DNA of 64,000 nucleotides from a virus. This document shows, one piece after another, positions 7,034 through 16,526 of the stretch. Each line of letters opens with the position of its first letter. Position 1 is the first letter of the stretch. The DNA lies in the IMG/VR virus record IMGVR_UViG_3300025889_000092, positions 1-64,000 of that record. One strand, written 5' to 3'. The notes beneath the pieces were generated by a model. It was not told the origin of the DNA and searched no databases. It saw only the letters and a list, made by a program, of their open reading frames with translations. The position numbers and the translations under genes are program-made.

Positions 7034-7735
7034 TTTAGGTATTGCGACGTACATGTTGTCGAAGGGACGGATCTCCTTGATTTCGTACTGGGTCACGTAC
7101 AGGTAGTTAAACAGCTCTTTTTTCTTAGCTGCGAACCACTCGTCGTTGTTTGCCTCAAAAATGATGGGGACTTTTCCGCATCGGTTGAGGGTGTGTGTCG
7201 CTCCCTGCAGGGCGCTCAGTTCGTTGCCCTCGATGTCGAGCTTGATTAGGCCTACGTTCTCGAGGTGGAAACTGTCGATAGTTTTCGTTTTGACTTTTTC
7301 TTGACGGAGAACCGGTTGATGGGGTTCGCAGATGGTCGAGCCGCCGCCGTCTTCGGAAACAATCGAAAGAGTCGTGGTGGTGTTAGCTTTGGAAGGGTTA
7401 GTCAGAGCCACATTGTAAGCGTGGACATTATCCTTTTCGTTTAAAAAGATATTTCCACAGAGTTGGTTGTAGGTGCGTCGCTGCGCTTCAAAGCTGTGTA
7501 CCTCTTTAAAGCTGTCAGCTAAGAGGATTGAGTACGCGCCCATGTGAGCGCCACCGTCGATAAAGACCTTGTTTTTGTCTGCGAAGGTCTGTTTTGCCCA
7601 CTGGATGATGGGTAGTTCAGGCACGCCAACTTGGTGCATCTGACAACGACCGGAATCGTCATCGTGCATCAGGAAGGCACGGTCAGGAACGGGGACGATG
7701 AGACTCTTTTCAGGACCCCACAGATAAGTTGCCAC
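7013..7735 (-). CDS. FkbM-family methyltransferase
   Basis: FIDGGAHMG.YS, SFEA, IKLDIEGNE..ALQGA. Confidence 0.9.
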   Translation of the reverse strand: MATYLWGPEKSLIVPVPDRAFLMHDDDSGRCQMHQVGVPELPIIQWAKQTFADKNKVFIDGGAHMGAYSILLADSFKEVHSFEAQRRTYNQLCGNIFLNEKDNVHAYNVALTNPSKANTTTTLSIVSEDGGGSTICEPHQPVLRQEKVKTKTIDSFHLENVGLIKLDIEGNELSALQGATHTLNRCGKVPIIFEANNDEWFAAKKKELFNYLYVTQYEIKEIRPFDNMYVAIPKSDSASA

Positions 7736-7780
7736 CAGATTCCTGTGTAAGTGCTAGCATGCTACCAGCTTCAGACGAAA

Positions 7781-8548
7781 ATGACGATACCTGTTATTGG
7801 CACTGCCGTCGTTAATACGCCTTATTGGGTATACCGCTTACTATATAGCATAGATTACCCTGTAGACACCTTCGTCATCTTTAACAATAACGGTCGCGGG
7901 GAGATTACCGAGGAGCTGGATCTGCTGACCAAGGTCCCGCACAAGCACGTCAAAAAGATCGTTGTTTGCCACATGCCAGCAAACATCGGATGTTCAGGAG
8001 CGTGGAACTTGATAATCAAGTCCTATATGAATGCTCCGTATTGGGTGATCGTAAATCATGACATTATGTTCACGCCAGGCCTACTTGCGTCAATGGTCGA
8101 GCGCGTGCAGGATGCAGAAACCGGTATTGTCCATGGAGAGAATGGCAGCTGGGATTTGTTTGCGATAAAGGACTGGGTTGTACAACAGTACGGTTTGTTT
8201 GATGAGAACCTGTATCCGGCTTATTGCGAGGATATGGACTATGGGATGCGTTTTAAACATCGCGATTTGAAGCGCAACATGTCCGTCGGTAAGCCTTACT
8301 ACCACGGTGAAACTTCAGGTGATTATGCTGATGGCAGTCAGACCTGGCGTAGTGACCCGTCCTTAGCTATGGGTATCCACAGGGCGCATGAGTTGAACAA
8401 ACAGTATCTTCACGCCAAGTGGAATCCAGCGTGGCAGGCGCACGTTGAGGGGGAGGTGTACAAGACACCGTTCAATAACCCAAGTATCCCTCTCGATTAC
8501 ACCCAATATGATCTACATTTTGTTCGATCTAAAAATCTAGGTTTTTAG
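7781..8548 (+). CDS. GT-A fold glycosyltransferase (GT2-like)
   Basis: N.G.SGAWN, VNHD, GLFDENLYPAYCEDMDY. Confidence 0.8.
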   Translation: MTIPVIGTAVVNTPYWVYRLLYSIDYPVDTFVIFNNNGRGEITEELDLLTKVPHKHVKKIVVCHMPANIGCSGAWNLIIKSYMNAPYWVIVNHDIMFTPGLLASMVERVQDAETGIVHGENGSWDLFAIKDWVVQQYGLFDENLYPAYCEDMDYGMRFKHRDLKRNMSVGKPYYHGETSGDYADGSQTWRSDPSLAMGIHRAHELNKQYLHAKWNPAWQAHVEGEVYKTPFNNPSIPLDYTQYDLHFVRSKNLGF

Positions 8549-8549
8549 A

Positions 8550-8891
8550 ATGTCCGAAGGTGGTTTCCCCTGCACTGGATGCGGCGCTTGTTGTATGGCC
8601 GTCGGGAAGGTTCTTAGCAATGTTGATTGCTTAGATAACCCTGTCCTACGAGCAGCAGTGGAAGTTTTCCCTTACAAAGCCGATGAAAACGGTGTGTGCG
8701 AGAAACTTGTTGATAATAAGTGTAGTGTTTATGACGACCGACCCATTATGTGCAATGTGACTGCTTTAGGTCAGCTGTTGGGACGGAACCCTTACGAGTT
8801 CTATTCTGAAAATATAAAATACTGCAATCAGCTTATTGATCTCTTTGGTCTCGATGAAAGTTACAAAATCACCCAAGAGGGGCTAAAGTAA
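8550..8891 (+). CDS. YkgJ-family CxxCxxCC metal-cluster protein
   Basis: FPCTGCGACC...C..L..N.CSVYDDRP..C. Confidence 0.85.
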   Translation: MSEGGFPCTGCGACCMAVGKVLSNVDCLDNPVLRAAVEVFPYKADENGVCEKLVDNKCSVYDDRPIMCNVTALGQLLGRNPYEFYSENIKYCNQLIDLFGLDESYKITQEGLK

Positions 8892-8914
8892 AAAGTCAGT
8901 ATGTTGTTAGTGGG

Positions 8915-9199
8915 ATGCCTTATTATTCCTCCTACACAACGCACGGATCGCTGGTTAATAGTCTGAAAAGGCTATTGGATTCCCGAGGGATTAGCTCTTT
9001 CAAGCTCAGTAAGGTCTCGGACCTGTCGCCAACGACCACGCGGAAGATATATCTGGACGAACGTTATATACCGTCCCCAGATGTCCTTGAGCGTATTTGC
9101 TTAACTTTGAAGGTGCAACCTGGCGATATCTTGCAAATTGCACCTAAACTAGAAGCATCAGTAGGGGTATGTTCTGGTGTTCTCGCCTCAGGATTATGA
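8915..9199 (+). CDS. Cro/C1 (XRE) helix-turn-helix regulator
   Basis: LK.LLD.RGIS...LS....LS.TT.......P....LERIC..L.VQPGDIL. Confidence 0.85.
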   Translation: MPYYSSYTTHGSLVNSLKRLLDSRGISSFKLSKVSDLSPTTTRKIYLDERYIPSPDVLERICLTLKVQPGDILQIAPKLEASVGVCSGVLASGL

Positions 9200-9680
9200 A
9201 CTAGCAGCTCGGGTCCTGGGTCTTCCAGTTCCTCAGTCTGACGCGGAGCGAGCTGTGGCGGCTCCTGCTGTCCACGCTGTTTTACGTAATTACTACCGTG
9301 CTGCTGCTCCCATGCCGGGGCACGAGCCGGAAGGCCTTTATACCGGAGCTACTCGTTCCTTAAACGGGTACCCCGATAACAACAAGCCTGAAGCGCAAGA
9401 TCAACTCCAGCGTCGCATTACCGCTGGTGTCACCACTCCTGAGGATGGTGCAGAGGTTGAGGGTCTATTGGAAATCCTCCTTCAGGACCCGATGCTGATG
9501 GAGATGTTCATCGACTTCCTCGAGAGTCAGCAACGTCAGTCTCTTGAAAGCGGTGAATATTTGAGCCGCCAGCGTCCCCTTGAGTACGACATGCCTAACT
9601 ACGGCGGTCAGTATTCTGTTCTGAACGCACCTAGCTCCTCCTCCATTCCTCCCTCTGTCGAGTATCAGGCTCTGGGGTGA
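9177..9680 (+). CDS. hypothetical, probably virion-associated protein
   Basis: GTG start with TAAACT box upstream; first gene of a tightly packed block. Confidence 0.7.
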   Translation: MFSPQDYELAARVLGLPVPQSDAERAVAAPAVHAVLRNYYRAAAPMPGHEPEGLYTGATRSLNGYPDNNKPEAQDQLQRRITAGVTTPEDGAEVEGLLEILLQDPMLMEMFIDFLESQQRQSLESGEYLSRQRPLEYDMPNYGGQYSVLNAPSSSSIPPSVEYQALG

Positions 9681-9681
9681 T

Positions 9682-9915
9682 ATGACGGAACGAGAACGAC
9701 AGCTCAAAGAACGCGACGTTCGGAAGATTGCGCCTGATTTAGACCCTACTGGTTTCCTTCAGGCCTACATTCGTTCTAATTTTCCTCAGACGGCAGTGAT
9801 GCCTTCTCCGGAACAAAGAGAGCGTGGCATCTTTAGTTCGTCGTCTGATAATTTACTACAATTAGAAAAGAAGCCTTCCTCAGGCACTTCATACGACAAT
9901 CCAGGTAGGAGCTAA
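9682..9915 (+). CDS. hypothetical protein
   Basis: 77 aa ORF, operon packing. Confidence 0.65.
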   Translation: MTERERQLKERDVRKIAPDLDPTGFLQAYIRSNFPQTAVMPSPEQRERGIFSSSSDNLLQLEKKPSSGTSYDNPGRS

Positions 9916-10667
9916 TGGCAAACCCCTTTCGTCGGTCTCCTATGAGCAATATCGGGGGTACTGCTGGTGACTTGAATCAGCTCGTTCAAACCCTGGTTAA
10001 TGCTTTTGGCCCTGAGGAAGCTGCAAAGATCAGTCGTAGTCCTCAGTTTGGGCAAATGCTCCAGGCTGTTGCATCTCCTAAAAACGTCGGAAGATTTGGC
10101 TTAGGTGGTTTAGCTGCAGGCGTAGGAGCTGAGCTACTCGCTCAACCTATAAGTAATGCGCTGGGAAGTATTCTTCAATCTGGTGCTGGTGCTATAAACC
10201 CGACTTCTTATCAAGCTGCTGGCATGGGCGGCTCGAGTAAGTATTTTGTTCAGCCAGAAGCTATTGCCGGGTACACCCAGTGGTACCAAAACGAGATCCC
10301 ACGCATCCGTTTATGGAACTCGACTATTGGTGCTGCAACAGGCCAGCGTTTGGAGGAACCTCCGACTCCGGAAGAGTATCGTCGCTCGTCGATTGAAGGA
10401 GCTGAGTATCAAGCTCAGACCTTTAATCAGCGTTTAATCGAACAAGAGCGGGCAAAAGCGCAAGCTGAATACGCAATGCGTGCCCTTGAGGCTGGTTATG
10501 GCTTAGAGGCGGAAAAAGTTAAGACACTTGGTGATGTGCAGCGTCAGCGAATTTCTTCTGGTTACAGCGCTGCAGGAAGTGCTCTGAATTCTGCTATCGA
10601 AAACATCCTTGCTACGAGTAAACTAGAGAATAGCCCGGTCCTTTCTGAAGTCGGAAGGGCTTTCTAG
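9915..10667 (+). CDS. putative internal virion/DNA ejection protein
   Basis: Ala/Gly/Gln-rich, Gly-rich hydrophobic segment GLGGLAAGVG, helical C-terminus. Confidence 0.55.
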   Translation: MANPFRRSPMSNIGGTAGDLNQLVQTLVNAFGPEEAAKISRSPQFGQMLQAVASPKNVGRFGLGGLAAGVGAELLAQPISNALGSILQSGAGAINPTSYQAAGMGGSSKYFVQPEAIAGYTQWYQNEIPRIRLWNSTIGAATGQRLEEPPTPEEYRRSSIEGAEYQAQTFNQRLIEQERAKAQAEYAMRALEAGYGLEAEKVKTLGDVQRQRISSGYSAAGSALNSAIENILATSKLENSPVLSEVGRAF

Positions 10668-10675
10668 TACGAAAG

Positions 10676-11398
10676 ATGTTACCTCTCTTAGCTCCAGTTG
10701 CAATTGGTGCCGGTCTCTTCGGTCTCGGGGCAGTGCTTGGAGGCACCCAAAAACCTCGTATGGCTGGGGAAGGGCCGAGCCCTAAAGGAGAGATGCCTCC
10801 TGGGACTACTTATATAGACGCTAATGGGGAGATAAAGGTCTGGGGAGGACCTGATTACGGCCCACAAAGCGTTGCAGCGTGGGAAAAGATGACCGGCCAA
10901 CGTGCTACTGGTTTAGATCAAGCTCAAACCAAAGGTACTCTTCCTCCTGTTCAAAAAGCTCCTCCTCTTGAGGTCCCCCCTGCGCCTCCGCTTCCGCCGC
11001 CGACTAATTTCCCTGACGCTTCTGAAAAAGCTCAGCAGACTATAGATCCAAACTTACAGGCTGTTCTTGATATCCTCAAGGGTCAAACTTCATCTGAGTC
11101 GATTAACGCACTCGAGGAAGCTCGGCTTGATCGACTGCTCCGTGCTCAGCAAGCTCTCTCCGAACAGAGCTACCAGAAAGGTTTGGAGATTTCCCGCCGT
11201 CAAGCTGAACTTGAACGGCTGAGGCAGTGGGGTGCGGTTGAACAAACCCGAATCGCAGCTAATCTAGCTAATACAGGCCTTGTGGCTCAAGCTATGTCAC
11301 TTGCTGCTACGCCTAACGTCAGCGTTATGGACGCCATGACGAAGGGAACTCAGGCTGCTCTTGCTCCTTTCCAGTTTAAACTGGGTGTACGGGGTTAA
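10676..11398 (+). CDS. putative internal virion/DNA ejection protein
   Basis: N-terminal Gly-rich hydrophobic helix, Pro-rich linker, coiled coil. Confidence 0.55.
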   Translation: MLPLLAPVAIGAGLFGLGAVLGGTQKPRMAGEGPSPKGEMPPGTTYIDANGEIKVWGGPDYGPQSVAAWEKMTGQRATGLDQAQTKGTLPPVQKAPPLEVPPAPPLPPPTNFPDASEKAQQTIDPNLQAVLDILKGQTSSESINALEEARLDRLLRAQQALSEQSYQKGLEISRRQAELERLRQWGAVEQTRIAANLANTGLVAQAMSLAATPNVSVMDAMTKGTQAALAPFQFKLGVRG

Positions 11399-11403
11399 AT
11401 AAA

Positions 11404-12123
11404 ATGGCAGTTCCGATCTTAGCAGCTGCAGTAGGTGGTTTAGCTTCCGGTTTCGCGGGAAGTCTCTTTGGCGGCGGCGGCGGCGGAGGCGGAGGCGGTG
11501 GAGGCGGTGGCGGGGCTGCCAGCCCTGATTACGGCGGTCAAGCTGCACTTTACCTTGCACAGCTGAGTCCTTATAACACTCGGCTCACGACTGCAGCTCA
11601 AGAGCTTTCCACCATGCAAGCTCCTTATTTAGGGGGTATTGCAGCTCAGCAACAGGTTTTGGGTCAAGGTCAGTACGACATCTTTGACGCCGCTAAGCAA
11701 AAAGATCTCGCTGAGTCGAATCTTCGTTTAGGTATCGCGCAGGCTTACTCGTTAGGTGCTGCTGATACTCTCCTCAAAGACGCTCAAAACCGGCAGACGC
11801 TTGAGCTGATGGGTGCTCAAACCCAGTCGGACATCGCTAAAGCGTATGCAAATGCTGCTTACGGTTTGCAAAATTCAATTCTGTCTGGCGAGCAAGCTCT
11901 GCAGCAGCCCACTGCGACTGGTTTAGCAAGTGCTGGTCTTAGCGCTCTTCAGTCGAAGAACCAGTTAGCTCAGAATCTGGCGACTACTAACCTCAACCTG
12001 CGCTCCATGGAAGCTGACACGCAAAACAAACTTGCGTTGCTCCGTGGCGATGTTGAAGGTAAATTAGCGCTTAAGCGTTTCGAAGCCGGATTAGCGGGAG
12101 CTACTCACGGCGCTCTTGCATGA
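11404..12123 (+). CDS. putative DNA pilot/ejection protein
   Basis: MAVPILAAAVGGLASGFAGSLF followed by a long poly-Gly run, then Ala/Gln-rich helices. Confidence 0.6.
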   Translation: MAVPILAAAVGGLASGFAGSLFGGGGGGGGGGGGGGGAASPDYGGQAALYLAQLSPYNTRLTTAAQELSTMQAPYLGGIAAQQQVLGQGQYDIFDAAKQKDLAESNLRLGIAQAYSLGAADTLLKDAQNRQTLELMGAQTQSDIAKAYANAAYGLQNSILSGEQALQQPTATGLASAGLSALQSKNQLAQNLATTNLNLRSMEADTQNKLALLRGDVEGKLALKRFEAGLAGATHGALA

Positions 12124-12650
12124 TTAAATCGACAATTGGTGACTCGACCACGGTTGCTTCCTGGTTGGCTTCGCTCGAAAAGTCGCAGAAGGACGCGTTC
12201 GTTTTCTACGCGAAGAACTCGACCAGCGACGTTGAAGCGTATATGTACGCCCGGTTCCTTACACCGGGTTATGCAGGAAGCATCGCAGACCTTACAGCGT
12301 GGGTTCAGGAGAAGTACCCGAAGAGCGACCTTCGCAAGGTACTCCTTCGTGAAATCGACGATCTTCAGGTCGATATTAAAAATATTCGGGATATGACGCT
12401 AACAGGCATGTTGGATCATGCCACGGCAGCAACCAAAATTTCTGCGTTACAGAAGGAACTTCGCTCGCACATCCAAACCGTTCGTCAGATCAGTGACGGT
12501 CTAGATCGTCGAGGTCTTTTGCTGGCGGGAGCTGACCGCTGTCTCCGTGAGTTGGTTAACACGTTTGACGGCCAGCCCGCTATCCAGGCTTTGCTCGAAG
12601 ATTCGTCGCTTCTTGTCTGGTCGACTTTGGAGCGGGAAGAGAAGTCTTAA
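12120..12650 (+). CDS. hypothetical protein, possible terminase small subunit
   Basis: 176 aa helical protein; last + strand gene before TerL. Confidence 0.4.
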   Translation: MIKSTIGDSTTVASWLASLEKSQKDAFVFYAKNSTSDVEAYMYARFLTPGYAGSIADLTAWVQEKYPKSDLRKVLLREIDDLQVDIKNIRDMTLTGMLDHATAATKISALQKELRSHIQTVRQISDGLDRRGLLLAGADRCLRELVNTFDGQPAIQALLEDSSLLVWSTLEREEKS

Positions 12651-13729
12651 TCGACTTCCTTAAGTTTGCTAGTGATGGACCTCAGCGGGCACCTGAAGAT
12701 GCCGTTGAACGCATCATTAACACCGAGTGCCATCACGAGTTGCTGGTCCTCGACGTAGGCACCAAAAGGAAGGATACATGCCGGTTGGAACGAAACCGGA
12801 TGACCGTATTCGTTTGTCCAACAGATAAGTCGATCGTGCAGGGAACCGGAGAAGAGAGGTTCCGGGATCGTGTGGGTGATCCGGGTGAAGTCTTTATCAA
12901 TGACGTAAGCACTGAGGTGGTAAAGGAGGTAATGATTTCCATCCTGCTTTCGAGCCATATGCTTCCAGTGATAAAACACCAGATACCCTGAGCCGATATC
13001 GATCGGGGGAAGCGAGTTGAAGGTAGCGGTGTCCCCAGTGACGGAATTTAAAACATCACTATTGATCTCAATAGCTTTGCTTTTTTCGCACTCGATGAGG
13101 AGAGGGCGAGTCGAATAGAGACAACGGAGTTCATCATGGTGCGAGAAGAAGCACCAGTTTTTCTCCGTTTTATCTTTTTCGTGATTACCCCCGATGGGAG
13201 GGATCGTTGCGCTTACCGCTTCGAGCTCCTCGTTGATGTGACAAACAATGACCTTGGGTTTGTCGAAGAAGCGCAGACCACCCTTTTCGTACTTACTTGC
13301 GTAAGTCGAAGCGACGAACTGTACATACATCTCCCCGTCGGGACCTTCGAAAAGTCGAGGATCTTCGTAGCTCAGACGGTGTTTTCCAGGACGCAGAAGC
13401 TTTGTCCCGAGAATCGTGTTGTCCTCAGCCAGCACACCGATGTAAATATCCGTGGGCTGATTGTTGAGATAGAAGTACTTCATGTCCCAGCGGAAACCAA
13501 ATGCTTCCGGTTGGGAGCGCCACGCGATGTACGTAGTCCCCTTGTGCCGAAGAATGCTGGGACTGAAGTTCGCGACGGAATGCTCAGGGTTGCCCCGAGT
13601 AATTCGCGTAAAGCGACCGTTTAGTTTCTCAGCCTGTGCGTAGACATCAGGGATACCTTCGACATCCTTTTTAATAGGATGGAGCACATAGCTGTGCTTA
13701 TGGTAGTAACGAAGATGCTGCATGATCAC
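12647..13729 (-). CDS. GH130/GT91-like beta-propeller glycoside enzyme
   Basis: NFSPSI, SYEDPRLF, EKNWCFF, PFGA...LGVND motifs. Confidence 0.7.
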   Translation of the reverse strand: MIMQHLRYYHKHSYVLHPIKKDVEGIPDVYAQAEKLNGRFTRITRGNPEHSVANFSPSILRHKGTTYIAWRSQPEAFGFRWDMKYFYLNNQPTDIYIGVLAEDNTILGTKLLRPGKHRLSYEDPRLFEGPDGEMYVQFVASTYASKYEKGGLRFFDKPKVIVCHINEELEAVSATIPPIGGNHEKDKTEKNWCFFSHHDELRCLYSTRPLLIECEKSKAIEINSDVLNSVTGDTATFNSLPPIDIGSGYLVFYHWKHMARKQDGNHYLLYHLSAYVIDKDFTRITHTIPEPLFSGSLHDRLICWTNEYGHPVSFQPACILPFGAYVEDQQLVMALGVNDAFNGIFRCPLRSITSKLKEVD

Positions 13730-14898
13730 TTAGTGAGGTCAACAACGGCTTGGGAGAAACCTGCTGCCACCGATTCCCATCGATACTCAGGTCGTTGGGT
13801 CACGGCGAAGCAAGCATCGGCTACTTCTGCGTAAAGAGCCTTGTCGGCATAAAGCTGGGAGAGAAGGTTCGCAGCGTGGCTCGTATTAATCAAGCCACGT
13901 TCAACACTAAGGTCTTTATCAATAATCCAGGTTGCTACATCGATCAGCATGCCAGCACCGTCCCACAAATCCATGCAGGAGGTGTGACACGGTTGAACTT
14001 GAGGTTTGCGGCAAGCTGCATGCTCAAACGCAACTAGACCCCAACCTTCACCATTAGTGGTATTAAGTCCAACGTCAGCTGCGTTGTAGATCTTGTTCAG
14101 TAGCTCATCCGGAGGAGCCGCGATGTAGTTGATATCCGTAGAGGTCAACACCAAACGGTTGGTTGGATCAAGCCCACGGAGCTTCATCTCCCTTTCGAAC
14201 AAGGGGATAATTTCCCAACCCATGTCCTTAGCCCCCATATGGAGGTAGAGCATGGTGTCAGGTTTGTCTTGCGCAAACTCCGCGAAGGCTTTGATCGTCA
14301 GGTCGATCTGTTTGCGAGGCTGGTTCCTATTTGCGTTCAGGACAATGAACTTGTCCAAAGGCAGGCTTAACGCTTTCCGCGCTTCCTCCCTTGGCATGGG
14401 ATTGAACTTGGATAGGTCAACCCCATGTGGGAGAACGCCCATGCGACTAGGAGAGATACCATGTGAAAGGATGCGGTTTGCTTGTTGTACGGTAAATGTA
14501 ATAGCTAGGTCCCAATGGGGGATATGCCGAAGCATTTCGTTAGGATAGCGCTCGCTGTCCGTGGGGAAGTACGCCACGAACTTAAAGTTGTTTTTCTCTT
14601 TCAGGAAATGGATTCGTTCCCACACCTGATTAACGACCCAAATGTCGTTTAGACAGATAAAAACGTCAGGTTTTTCCTTGTTAAAGATCTCGACTAATCG
14701 AGGTAGACCGAACCGATCCGCACAGTGCAGGTTCGAGGCAGGGTAGATCTTGTAGTCATACTCGTGAGGATCACCGTTGTAGTTGATGCCTATAACAGCA
14801 ACTTCGTGCTCCTTACTTAGGTGGGCCAGGACACTATGTGTTACACGACCAAATCCAGTGTTGGAACAAGCGTCTCCGTACCAAAGGATTTTTGCCAC
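13726..14898 (-). CDS. GT4 (GT-B) glycosyltransferase
   Basis: TGFGRV, PHGVD, NRNQPRK.ID, YNAADV..NTT.GEGWGL...E.AAC. Confidence 0.92.
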   Translation of the reverse strand: MAKILWYGDACSNTGFGRVTHSVLAHLSKEHEVAVIGINYNGDPHEYDYKIYPASNLHCADRFGLPRLVEIFNKEKPDVFICLNDIWVVNQVWERIHFLKEKNNFKFVAYFPTDSERYPNEMLRHIPHWDLAITFTVQQANRILSHGISPSRMGVLPHGVDLSKFNPMPREEARKALSLPLDKFIVLNANRNQPRKQIDLTIKAFAEFAQDKPDTMLYLHMGAKDMGWEIIPLFEREMKLRGLDPTNRLVLTSTDINYIAAPPDELLNKIYNAADVGLNTTNGEGWGLVAFEHAACRKPQVQPCHTSCMDLWDGAGMLIDVATWIIDKDLSVERGLINTSHAANLLSQLYADKALYAEVADACFAVTQRPEYRWESVAAGFSQAVVDLTK

Positions 14899-14950
14899 TC
14901 TGACTTGAATCGAGATAGAGTTAATATAGCAATAGTGTCAACTTAGTGAT

Positions 14951-16471
14951 ATGCCTAGCCGTGAAACATTTGCCTACAGACGCGGTGCGCAAATGCGTGC
15001 GGTTCGTGCAACTGAGCAAACTACAGATGCACTAGATTCTATCTATGGTAGAGCGTCTAATGACTTCCATACGTTCTGTACTATTTTAGATAAAGCCCCA
15101 GCAAAGCACATGCTGGAGTGGCACCAGCACTTGATTACAGGGGAGTCCAATAAGTACCTACTAGATATTGCTGGCCCCAACTTGGACATTCTGGCTCCTC
15201 GTGGCAGTGCGAAGTCCACCGTCCTAAACCTGTTTACCGCGTGGATTATCGGTCGTCACACCACAGCTAAGCGACCGCTTCAGATCATTTATTGCTCGTA
15301 CAACATCGCGACTGCCATTCCGAAAAGTCGGATTATTAAGCAGATCATCGACTCTCCCGAGTACCGCAAGGTCTTCCCGCGTGTTCAGCTCAGGTCGGGT
15401 ATGCAATCGGATATCGGTTGGTCAATCGACTTTGATTACGCTGGTATCCCACGCCTGGGTGACGAGGAATTCACCCTTCGTGCCGCTGGTCTGAGGGGCT
15501 CGATTACGTCGAAACGCGCCCACCTCGTGATCGTGGATGACCCTATTAAGTCGAGTGCGGACATCAAAAACCCCGCGATTCGGGAGGAGATGAACACTAA
15601 CTGGTCCTCCGTTATCAGCCCGATTATCTTTGAAGGTGGTCGAGCTATTTGCCTGGGAACCCGATTCCACCCCTTGGACATCCATAAGACAATGTTCGCT
15701 CCTGAGAAGGGTTGGAAGCAGGTCACACAGGAAGCAATCACTTACGGGGACCACGGTGAGCCTGTCAGCTACTGGCCTGAGCAGTGGTCCTCTAAGTACC
15801 TCCTGCAGCAGAAGGAACTGGATCCCGTCGCGTTTGCGTATCAGTACCAGCAACAACCCGTGATGACCACGGACCTTGTGGTCTCCCCAGATCTCCTTGT
15901 TAAGGGTGAGGTTGTTACTGAGTTCGATACGTTGGCGCTGGGCATCGACCTTTCGGCGAGTAAAAACGAGACCAGCGACTACACCGCTTTTGTATTGGGT
16001 GGTCGTCTTAAGGACAAGTACTACATCATCGATTCCCACCAGTGCCGTTCGATCGGGAACCTGGAGAAGATCGACATGCTCTGCGACATGCTCCTGGAGT
16101 GGGGGATCCTGCAGAACTCAGACGGGATCTTCCTTCCAACGTATTCGACCATAACGTTGGTTGTTGAATCCGTCGCGTATCAAGCCTCTCTGGCAGCTGA
16201 CCTTCGACGGGTGCTGATCAACGAACGGGAATTAACAAACCTTCACATCCACGAGGTCAAGGGTTTCCGAGGGGACAAGATTGCCCGCTTCAGGGGAACA
16301 CTTGGTCTGCTTGAAAATAAGAAGGTGACGTTTAATAAATACCGTAAGTTCGATGCTCTGTTTGATCAGTTGATCAACGTAGGTGCTACAGCGCACGATG
16401 ATATGCTGGATGCCTACACATGGCTTGTGACGTATCTGCAAAGAAGAGGAAATTTTTCAATCGAGTACTGA
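14951..16471 (+). CDS. terL: terminase large subunit
   Basis: Walker A-like APRGSAKST, IVDDPIK Walker B, GTRFH, nuclease motifs GIDLS...SDYTA and HDDMLDA. Confidence 0.93.
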   Translation: MPSRETFAYRRGAQMRAVRATEQTTDALDSIYGRASNDFHTFCTILDKAPAKHMLEWHQHLITGESNKYLLDIAGPNLDILAPRGSAKSTVLNLFTAWIIGRHTTAKRPLQIIYCSYNIATAIPKSRIIKQIIDSPEYRKVFPRVQLRSGMQSDIGWSIDFDYAGIPRLGDEEFTLRAAGLRGSITSKRAHLVIVDDPIKSSADIKNPAIREEMNTNWSSVISPIIFEGGRAICLGTRFHPLDIHKTMFAPEKGWKQVTQEAITYGDHGEPVSYWPEQWSSKYLLQQKELDPVAFAYQYQQQPVMTTDLVVSPDLLVKGEVVTEFDTLALGIDLSASKNETSDYTAFVLGGRLKDKYYIIDSHQCRSIGNLEKIDMLCDMLLEWGILQNSDGIFLPTYSTITLVVESVAYQASLAADLRRVLINERELTNLHIHEVKGFRGDKIARFRGTLGLLENKKVTFNKYRKFDALFDQLINVGATAHDDMLDAYTWLVTYLQRRGNFSIEY

Positions 16472-16526
16472 TTTTTACCGTGGGGGTACGTAAAGTCAAA
16501 AGGGTTTCTCGGGTATCCGAGCCGGT

